Shown here piece after piece: positions 1 to 7,072 of a stretch of 27,874 nucleotides of DNA; within the stretch, counting starts at the first letter, position 1; each line of letters begins with the position of its first letter. Made by a program: the position numbers and the translations under genes. Source of the DNA: Gemmatimonadota bacterium (lineage in GTDB: Bacteria > Gemmatimonadota > Gemmatimonadetes > Longimicrobiales > RSA9); the NCBI GenBank assembly GCA_040905425.1, contig JBBDRO010000053.1, positions 9,173-37,046 of the forward strand, in the 5' to 3' direction. Below the pieces are notes generated by a model. It had not been told where the DNA came from, searched no databases, and saw only the letters and a list, made by a program, of their open reading frames with translations.

Positions 1-797
1 GATGGATCCGCCGTACGCGCCACGTTGCGATCCACCACGAGCGTGACGCCGCCCCAGCTCTCCTCCACGTCCAGCACGCCCTGCCACACGTCGGCGCCCG
101 CCACGCCGGAGGCGGTGGGCGCCCACCGCAGGTCGAAATCCGCGCGCGGCCGCACCACCCAGAGCGGCGGATCGCCCCCGCCCGCCCGCGCCGAGGCCAG
201 TGACATGGAGGCGTGCAGTTCCGGGGCGTTGGACGCGTGCGCGTAGAGCCCCGGGCGGTAGCGTCCCGCCGCGAGCAGCCCCTCGGTCCACGCGCGCACG
301 TACGCCAGTAGCTCGGCGGAGACGTCATCCACCGGCTCCACGTCCAGGAAGATCACGGTGCCGGCGGGAAAGCCCTCCGCGGCGGTGATGCTGTGGGCCT
401 CGGCGGCGTGGGCGCCGCCATGCTCCGCGGTCAGGTTGGCGCGCGTGCAGCGCTCTCCGGCGCCGGCCGCGGCCGCGTCGGTCTCGGCCCAGTCCTGCTC
501 GCCCACGAAGAGGACGGCCATGCCCCAGCCGCCCGCGGTCAGAGCCGTGCGCTGGCCGAGCCAACTGGTGCCCGTGTGGCACGGCGCGGGCAGGTAGTAG
601 CCCACCCACCGGTAGGGAGAGTCCGCGCGCCAGGCGGCCATGGCCTCGGCGCCGGGGTGGATGCGCAGGTCGAAGCCCGGTACGCCCGTGGCGCCGGGCT
701 GCGGCCCGGAGGGCGCCGCCGGCGCTCCGGCGGCGCAGCCGCCCGTGGCCAGCAGCGCCACCAGCACGAAGGGGATGGAGAGGTGTGGATTCCGCAT
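1..797 (-). CDS. DUF1906 / Rv2525c-like glycoside hydrolase domain lipoprotein (3' end runs off the window)
   Basis: Not in the ORF track; translated by hand from ATG at 797: MRNPHLSIPFVLVALLATGGC (signal peptide + lipobox-like Cys)...PGFDLRIHPG..AMAAWRADSPYRWVGYYLPAPCH..SW...GWGMAVLFVGEQDW...EGFPAGTVIFLDVE...YRPGLY...VWQG...ESWGGVTLVVDRNVARTADPS. Open to base 1. The GFD, WVGYYL, IFLDVE and WQ motifs are typical of DUF1906. Confidence 0.85.
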   Translation of the reverse strand, partial: MRNPHLSIPFVLVALLATGGCAAGAPAAPSGPQPGATGVPGFDLRIHPGAEAMAAWRADSPYRWVGYYLPAPCHTGTSWLGQRTALTAGGWGMAVLFVGEQDWAETDAAAAGAGERCTRANLTAEHGGAHAAEAHSITAAEGFPAGTVIFLDVEPVDDVSAELLAYVRAWTEGLLAAGRYRPGLYAHASNAPELHASMSLASARAGGGDPPLWVVRPRADFDLRWAPTASGVAGADVWQGVLDVEESWGGVTLVVDRNVARTADP

Positions 798-885
798 GGG
801 CACGCTCTTTCGGGTGACGTCACGGCGCGCCATCCCCGTGCGGGAGCGCTGCCGCCCGGCTCCCGTGCATGCCCCGTACCCGCCG

Positions 886-3800
886 CTACGGACCGGTCCC
901 GCCGTTGCCCAGGCGCAGCCGCCGTGCGGGATCCGCCGGCGCCCCGGTGCCGGCCGCCGGGCCGCTGCCGGAAGGCACATCCTCCTCACGCACCCAGCGG
1001 ACGTCCAGCAGCCCGGACATGCGCACGCCGGTGCGCAGGTAGTTCGCCGCAGCCAGTGCGCGGCTCCAGCCGTCCAGCCAGACTTCCAGCTCCCGCCGCG
1101 CCTCCGGCGTGCCCTGAAAACGGACGACGAGGTCGATGGCACTGGCGGCGGTGGCGGTCCCGCTGTACGCGCTGCCCACCAGCCAGAGCCCGCGCACGCC
1201 CTGGCGGGCGGCGTCCACGCGCGCGGCCAGCTGCTCCGCCACCCGGTAGCGCCAGTGCGCGTGGTCGTGCTGTCGGGGTGTCCGGGTGACGCGCTCGAGC
1301 GCCAGATGCGGACCCGTCAGGTCGGCCTCCAGCGGCGGCGCCGCCGGCGTGAAGTAGCCCAGCGCCTCCTCCTCCTCCCCGTCCATGAGAACGCTGAGCA
1401 CCTGCCCGGGGCGCTCTGCGCCCACGTCCACCACGCGCACCACGTCGGCCAGCTCGGCCATGTCCGGCAGGAGCACCGGAAGGAGATTGCGGGCGCCGCG
1501 CAGGAAGTCCTCGGCCAGGTAGCCGTCCTCCTCGTCGGGGTAGAGCGGCAGGTAGCGGATCTCCGCCTCCACCAGGTCCTGGAAGAAGTGCGTGCCGAAG
1601 GAGAGATCCGGGGCGTAGCCCTCGCGCTGGCGGGCAATCTCCACCAGCACGGCCGCGTTGTTGACGTCCGAGTAGGTGACGCTGACCCCCAGCCGGATGT
1701 CACCGCGGCTGCCCCAGCGGCCCGGCCCCATGAGGATGAAACGACGCCTGGGCAGCAGCGTGTTCAGGCGGCTCACCGCCTGGCCCACCGCCCGCATGCG
1801 CGCCACGTCGGGCAGCAGGGCGTACGCGTCCGGGTCCACGTAGACCAGGTGCGTGATGTGGGGCACCCTGCCGTTGGAGACGTGGCGGCGCGCACGCAGA
1901 AGCACTCGGTCGGGCGGCACGTTGCGGGGGATGAGCGCCGGCGCCCCCGCCTCGGGGTAGCTCTGCGGCCGGCACTGCAGCAGGTAGAGGTGGCGGCCAT
2001 CGTGCGCGAACTCCACCTCCACGGCCACGCCGAAGCGTGCCCGCAGCACCGCCAGCAGCGTGGCCATCCGGGCCAGGAAGGGCGTCTCCGTGGCCAGCCC
2101 CTCGAAGGTCACGAGCGGCTGCCCCTCCTCGGCGGCCAGGCCGCCGGCGCGGGGCGGCCGCAGCCGGCCGTCCTCCAGCACGGACACGATCTTCCGCATG
2201 AGCGGTAGCCGGTCCCCGAAGCCGCGCAGGAGGTCCGCCACCGGCACCGTGCCGAACGCGTTGCCCTCCAAGTCGATGACGTCCAGCATGCGCGGGGCGT
2301 AGCGCAGCGTCTCCTCGGCCGTTGTGTTGACCCGCAGCCCGGGCTGGCCGGGGGAGAGCAGCACGGGATAGTCATCCACCAGCCGGTCCACGGCGCGGGT
2401 GCCCAGGCCGGGCACCATGCGCAGCAGGCCGTCCTCGCGACGGATGCGCGAGGACCAGCGGAGCTCGTTGTTGTTCACCGCCACGCCGGAGAAGGACGGC
2501 AGGAAGTAGGGCCCCACCGCTGTGCCCACCACCTCCTGGATCATGATGCCCATCTCCTCGTGCACGTCCAGGAGATTGCGCTCGGCGCGGTACTCGATGG
2601 GATCCGGGCTGAAGATGGAGGCGTACACCTCGGCCACCGCGTCCTGCAGCGCGCGCAGGCGCTCCTGCCGGGTGCCACGATTGGCCAGGAACAGGCTCTT
2701 GTACTTGCCGGAGAACGCCGCGCCGCTCTGATCCTCGAGCAGGCTCGAGCTGCGCACGATGATGGGTCCCTCCCCCAGATCCTCCAGCGCAGCGGACATG
2801 CCCTTTACCAGCTCGGGCGGGAAGGAGGACGCCCGGAAGGCCTCCACGATGTTCGGATACTGCTGGCGCACCTGGTCCAGGTCCAGGTACTTGCGGTCGT
2901 AGACTTCCTCCAGGTGGTTGAAGCGCAGGAAGGCCAGCACACTGTCCGACGCAATGTACCACGTGCGTGGCACCCGCACGTCCGCCAGCGCGCCCGCGCT
3001 CTCCGCGGAAGCCTCCACCACCCGGTGCGCCAGGAAGAGCCCGGCCGCCTTGCCCCCCAGCTTGCCATGGCTGTTGGCCGCGTGCAGCAGCCGCCGCGCC
3101 AGGCCCTGGAAGTCGGTCAGCGAGACCAATTCCTTGGCAATGTTGATGAAGTCTATGTCATCGGTGAAGAAGCGCCGCAGCAGGGCCACGCGCAGCATGG
3201 TCTGCACGGACCGCGGCAACTCCTCCTCGCGCACGCCCAGCGTGGTGAAGCGCTCCAGCGCGTCGGTGATGTCCGCGAAGGAGGACGCCTGGTCCTCGAG
3301 GGTGCCGATGAGGAAGCGGACACGATCCTGGCTGATCCACATCTGCACCAGGGAGAGGATCTCCTCCTCCGTGCAGTGGGTGCCGGCCAGGCGAAAGACC
3401 TCGTCCGTGGGTGCGGTGGTCTCGCGGTGCGCCGCCCGTCCCAGCGGCCGGTTCTCCTCCCCCGGGCCGGGCTCCTCGCCGGCCGGGTAGGTGGGCAGCA
3501 GCTCCCGCGCTTCCGCCACTCCCTTCCAGCGCAGGTGGTTCAGCATCTTGCGCGTGATCCACTGCAGCAGGCGCGGATCCATCCGCTCCATGAACGGCAG
3601 TACCACGCGCCAGCGAGGACTGGCCGGCCGGGCCGCCGCGGGCCCCTGACGACGCGGATCGCGCTGCAGGATATAGAAGCCGATACGTTCGGCCAGCATC
3701 TCCAGGAGCTGGCGCTCCTCCTTCAGGAACGGGCCCTCGTCGGCCGCAGCCACCTCCTCACCGTAGTACACACTGAGCCGGCCCACGGCACGGCCCTGCA

Positions 3801-4077
3801 CGCGGATCTCGGCGTGCTGCGCCCAGGGCGTGGGGCTGAAGTCCTCAGGGGTGTAGACCTCCTCACCCACGGTGAGCTCCGCCCGGCAGATCCCGGGATA
3901 GCGCCACCCGGCCGGCAGCGCTTCCACCACCTCCTGGTAGGCACGATGAGGCGGCAGATCGGCGCGCCCGAGCACCTCCACCACCCGGTAGAGGCAACTC
4001 AACTCCCTGGCCCGCCGCTGCGGCGCGTCCAGCGTCTCGTCCCGATCACGCTCCCCGGTCATCGGCTCATCCTGCAT
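886..4077 (-). CDS. PEP/pyruvate-binding (PPDK_N, ATP-grasp) domain protein with N-terminal GAF-like region and C-terminal nucleotidyltransferase-like domain
   Basis: 1063 aa. PPDK_N motifs LGGKAAGL, PIIVRSSSLLED, FSGKYKS, MGIMIQEVVG, GLGTRAV, VEVEFA, LYLLQCRP. Then GPGRWGS and SFGTHFFQDL, then LWLVGS...SAIDLVV (pol-beta NTase-like). No C-terminal PEP-binding barrel. Confidence 0.85.
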   Translation of the reverse strand: MQDEPMTGERDRDETLDAPQRRARELSCLYRVVEVLGRADLPPHRAYQEVVEALPAGWRYPGICRAELTVGEEVYTPEDFSPTPWAQHAEIRVQGRAVGRLSVYYGEEVAAADEGPFLKEERQLLEMLAERIGFYILQRDPRRQGPAAARPASPRWRVVLPFMERMDPRLLQWITRKMLNHLRWKGVAEARELLPTYPAGEEPGPGEENRPLGRAAHRETTAPTDEVFRLAGTHCTEEEILSLVQMWISQDRVRFLIGTLEDQASSFADITDALERFTTLGVREEELPRSVQTMLRVALLRRFFTDDIDFINIAKELVSLTDFQGLARRLLHAANSHGKLGGKAAGLFLAHRVVEASAESAGALADVRVPRTWYIASDSVLAFLRFNHLEEVYDRKYLDLDQVRQQYPNIVEAFRASSFPPELVKGMSAALEDLGEGPIIVRSSSLLEDQSGAAFSGKYKSLFLANRGTRQERLRALQDAVAEVYASIFSPDPIEYRAERNLLDVHEEMGIMIQEVVGTAVGPYFLPSFSGVAVNNNELRWSSRIRREDGLLRMVPGLGTRAVDRLVDDYPVLLSPGQPGLRVNTTAEETLRYAPRMLDVIDLEGNAFGTVPVADLLRGFGDRLPLMRKIVSVLEDGRLRPPRAGGLAAEEGQPLVTFEGLATETPFLARMATLLAVLRARFGVAVEVEFAHDGRHLYLLQCRPQSYPEAGAPALIPRNVPPDRVLLRARRHVSNGRVPHITHLVYVDPDAYALLPDVARMRAVGQAVSRLNTLLPRRRFILMGPGRWGSRGDIRLGVSVTYSDVNNAAVLVEIARQREGYAPDLSFGTHFFQDLVEAEIRYLPLYPDEEDGYLAEDFLRGARNLLPVLLPDMAELADVVRVVDVGAERPGQVLSVLMDGEEEEALGYFTPAAPPLEADLTGPHLALERVTRTPRQHDHAHWRYRVAEQLAARVDAARQGVRGLWLVGSAYSGTATAASAIDLVVRFQGTPEARRELEVWLDGWSRALAAANYLRTGVRMSGLLDVRWVREEDVPSGSGPAAGTGAPADPARRLRLGNGGTGP

Positions 4078-4131
4078 CTGTAAGCGACGTCCCCGCGCAC
4101 CTCCTCGTGATCCCCGACCCCACCGGCCTCG

Positions 4132-5436
4132 TCAGATCCAGCCCCGATCCCGGCACGCCTGCGCCACGCGTTCCACGGCAATGATGTACGCCGCGTCCCG
4201 CATGTACAGCTCACGCCCCGCGGCCAGCGTGCTCACCGCGTTGAAGGCGGCCGTCATCTTCACGTCCAGCTTGGAGAGCACCTCATCCCGCTCCCAATAG
4301 TAGTTCATGTTGCTCTGCACCTGCTCGAAATAGCTGCACGTCACGCCGCCCGCGTTGGCCAGCAGGTCCGGTATCAAGAAGATGCCGCGCTCATGGATGA
4401 CGCGATCGGCGGCAGGCGAGGTCGGCCCGTTGGCGCCCTCCGCGATGATGCGCACCCGTGAGGAGATGCGGCCCACGTTCTCCGCGTGGATCTGGTTCTC
4501 CAGGGCGCACGGAATGAGCACGTCCACTTCCTGGACCAGCCAATCCTCGCCCGGCAGGATCTCATAGCCCAGGTCGCGGGCACGGTCGTGGTCGATGCCG
4601 CCGAAGGCATCGGTGATGCCCAGCAGCTCGTCCAGGTCGATGCCCGTTTCCTTGCGGTACGCGTAGCTCTGTCTGTCCTTCTGATCCCAGCAGGACACGC
4701 ACTGCACCCTGCCACCCAGCTCCGTGTAGAGGCGAATGGCGTGCTGTGCCACGTTGCCGAATCCCTGCACGGACGCCGTGGTCTCCGCCGCGCCCAGCTC
4801 CATGGTCCGGAGTGCCTCACGGATGGTGAACACCACGCCGTAGCCGGTGGCCTCCTTGCGGCCCAGGGAGCCGCCCATGCCCACCGGCTTGCCCGTGATG
4901 AAGCCGGGCAGCCGCGTGCGGTTCAGCGCCTCGAATTCGTCCAGCATCCACAGCATGTGCTGCGGCGTGGTCATCACGTCCGGCGCGGGCACGTCACGCA
5001 GCGGCCCCACGTCATTGACCACCTGCCGCACCCAGCCGCGGCAGATCTGCTCCTGCTCCCGGGCACCCAGATCGTGGGGATCACACACCACCCCGCCCTT
5101 GGCGCCGCCCAGCGGGATGTCCACCACCGCGCACTTCCAGGTCATCCACATGGCCAGCGCACGGACGGTGTCCAGGCTCTCCTGTGGGTGGAAGCGGATG
5201 CCGCCCTTGCTCGGCCCGCGCGCGTCATTGTGCTGCACCCGGAAGCCGCGAAACACCCGGGTCGTGCCATCATCCATCCGCACGGGGATGGCAAAGGCGT
5301 ACTCACGCAGCGGATTCCGCAGCAGCTCGCGGGCGCCGGTGTCCAACTCCAGACGGTCGGCTATGTGGTCGAACTGAGCCTGCGCCACCTCGAACGAGTT
5401 GTAGGCCTTGTTGAGCTTCTTGCGCACGTTGGTCAA
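4132..5436 (-). CDS. gdhA: Glu/Leu/Phe/Val dehydrogenase, probably NAD(P)-dependent glutamate dehydrogenase
   Basis: Motifs GFRVQHN, GPSKGGIRF, MTWKCAV, GGAKGG, DVPAPDV, TGKP..GGSLGR, QGFGNV, AEGANGP, PDLLANAGGVTCSYFE. The ORF-track start (5802) overlaps the upstream gene. The true start is probably TTG 5436 or GTG 5427 (ATG 5493 possible). Confidence 0.93.
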   Translation of the reverse strand: MTNVRKKLNKAYNSFEVAQAQFDHIADRLELDTGARELLRNPLREYAFAIPVRMDDGTTRVFRGFRVQHNDARGPSKGGIRFHPQESLDTVRALAMWMTWKCAVVDIPLGGAKGGVVCDPHDLGAREQEQICRGWVRQVVNDVGPLRDVPAPDVMTTPQHMLWMLDEFEALNRTRLPGFITGKPVGMGGSLGRKEATGYGVVFTIREALRTMELGAAETTASVQGFGNVAQHAIRLYTELGGRVQCVSCWDQKDRQSYAYRKETGIDLDELLGITDAFGGIDHDRARDLGYEILPGEDWLVQEVDVLIPCALENQIHAENVGRISSRVRIIAEGANGPTSPAADRVIHERGIFLIPDLLANAGGVTCSYFEQVQSNMNYYWERDEVLSKLDVKMTAAFNAVSTLAAGRELYMRDAAYIIAVERVAQACRDRGWI

Positions 5437-5606
5437 TCCCGGGAATGGGGGGCCCTGCCGGACCCGCCCCAGTGATCGTGCGGAGGCGCCCATCCGGACG
5501 CACCCGTGGGAATGTGTGGGAGGGATGGATACCTGGCGCCGGGAGCGGGGTGCAAGGAGGAGGCCGGTAGGGTTCGGCGCGGCCGGTGCTGGCGGAGCAT
5601 CGTCGC

Positions 5607-5975
5607 TTAAACGTAGTCCCGGCCGTCCGGCAGCTTTCCGGTCACGCCCAGGAGCCAGCGGAAACAGCGGTGCGCCGGATCCACGGGATCCAGGAACATC
5701 ATGGGACAGCCGCCCGCGAGCACGGCCATACCGTGCCGGCGCGCCAGCTCCACGGCGGCCGGATCCACGCGGCCGGGAATGGCGTCGAGCGCGGGCCAGC
5801 ACGGGTCCCCCTCCACCTCCGCCGCGTTGGGATTGACGGCGAACACCTTGTAGCCATCGCGGCGCATGCGCTTGTAGATGACGTTGGCGGCCGTGTCCCC
5901 GCCCCGCGCCACCCCCACCACCGCAACGCGCCGATGCGCCAGGAAGTCCCTGGCCGCGTCCCGCAGGCTTTCCAT
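5607..5975 (-). CDS. CoA-binding (YccU-like, CoA_binding_2) protein, apparently with an internal in-frame deletion (possible pseudogene)
   Basis: From ATG 5975 (GGAGG upstream): MESLRDAARDFLAHRRVAVVGVAR...GYKVFAVNPNAAEVEGDPCWPALDAIPGRVD|PAAVELARRHGMAVLAGGCPMMF. 122 aa; the central strand/helix/'VWM' segment expected for the family is missing. Confidence 0.8.
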   Translation of the reverse strand: MESLRDAARDFLAHRRVAVVGVARGGDTAANVIYKRMRRDGYKVFAVNPNAAEVEGDPCWPALDAIPGRVDPAAVELARRHGMAVLAGGCPMMFLDPVDPAHRCFRWLLGVTGKLPDGRDYV

Positions 5976-6063
5976 CCCCAGTCCTCCGGCTCGGGTCCAG
6001 CGGAGAATAGGTGGGGCACAGGCCGGGCGCCGTCGGGAAACGGCTGAAAAATGGTGGGAGATT

Positions 6064-6543
6064 TCAGCGCAGCGCGCGCGGTGCGGCCGCCGCCAGGGCC
6101 AGCGTGGCCCAGGCCAGGGCGGCGGCCACGGCAAAGTCCACGATGCCGCGCCAGGGATCCGGAAAGGCCCGCACCAGCAGGACGGCCAGCACGATGGCGC
6201 TCACCCCGGCCCACGCGCGCAGGAGGGTCCGCCCCGGGGCCCCCACGAGGGCCATGGCGTAGAGCGGCGCGGCCAGGCGGAGGGGCACGCTGCGCTCGGT
6301 GCGGAGCTCGCGCACGCGCTCGATGAGGCGGGGAATGTAGGCGCGCTGCAGCGCCCGCACCCCCTCGCCGTACACGAAGATCACCGTGAGCGCCGCCAGG
6401 ATGCCCCACTCCAAGGGGGTGAGGCCTGTGCGCATGACGCTCACGCCGCGCGCCCCCAGGCGCAGAGCCGCGTTCGTGAAGAGGGCCCCCACGCCGATGA
6501 GGGCCCACAAGGCTGCGGCGGTGCTCGATGGCCTTTGCTGCAT
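6064..6543 (-). CDS. Hypothetical integral membrane protein (about 4 TM segments)
   Basis: 159-aa ORF with several hydrophobic stretches and GC-rich third codon positions; it fills the gap between other genes. Confidence 0.75.
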   Translation of the reverse strand: MQQRPSSTAAALWALIGVGALFTNAALRLGARGVSVMRTGLTPLEWGILAALTVIFVYGEGVRALQRAYIPRLIERVRELRTERSVPLRLAAPLYAMALVGAPGRTLLRAWAGVSAIVLAVLLVRAFPDPWRGIVDFAVAAALAWATLALAAAAPRALR

Positions 6544-6781
6544 GCGTGAATGTAGGGTGCGCGTGCGGCGTGGGAAGGCCCGCGGTGCAACCGGCCGCGG
6601 ACGAATCCTTCGATGGCGCCGCGTATGCTGCTATGGTATGGGGTGCAACGCCCGTAGATTCGCCCCTCATGGGTACGTCTCCTGCACCGGGCCTCGCACG
6701 ATGGATCGCAACAGGGGCGTCGTGGCCTCCATGGAGCGCCCTGAGACGGCGGTCGATTACTTTTAAGAACGGCAGACACCC

Positions 6782-7072
6782 GTGAAGCTGGTCGCCACGC
6801 GCAAGGACGAGCAGAACCTGGCCGCCCTGGACCCCTGGACGTTCGTCCACCTGGGCGCCGGACTGGCGCTCGGCCTCATGGCCGTACCGCGCAGCACGGC
6901 CTTCGGCGCGGCCATCGGCTACGAGGTGGTGGAGCAGTTCGTGGAGCGCAGCCAGAAGGGCCGGGAGTTCTTCAACACAAGGCACGCGGAGAGACCCGCC
7001 AACGCCATCGTGGACGTGGTGGTGTTCGCCGTGGGCTACTGGCTGGGCGGCGTATGGAACCGCACCGGATGA
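6782..7072 (+). CDS. Small membrane protein, DUF2585-like
   Basis: GTG start, 96 aa. Pattern DPWTFVH...YEVVEQ...ERPANAIVD..VGYWLG resembles the DUF2585-type D-W-x-x-x-H / E-x-x-E / N-x-x-x-D pattern. Its stop overlaps the ATPase start (ATGA, 7069-7072). Confidence 0.7.
   Translation: MKLVATRKDEQNLAALDPWTFVHLGAGLALGLMAVPRSTAFGAAIGYEVVEQFVERSQKGREFFNTRHAERPANAIVDVVVFAVGYWLGGVWNRTG

Noticed and set aside
886..4077. Annotation as ppsA/ppdK
   Set aside because: It lacks the canonical swivel motif and the C-terminal PEP/pyruvate barrel.
640..5475. Long plus-strand ORFs (640-2208, 2560-4083, 4486-5475)
   Set aside because: Antisense shadows of well-supported minus-strand genes; Arg/His/Gly-rich with no domain signal.
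5437..5802. 120-aa N-terminal extension of GDH given by the ORF track
   Set aside because: It overlaps the CoA-binding gene, is Arg/Pro-rich, and recognisable GDH sequence starts only near 5430.
6544..6781. Riboswitch, small ORF or metal-regulator operator upstream of the ATPase operon
   Set aside because: Only short GC-rich palindromes; nothing I could match to a known motif.
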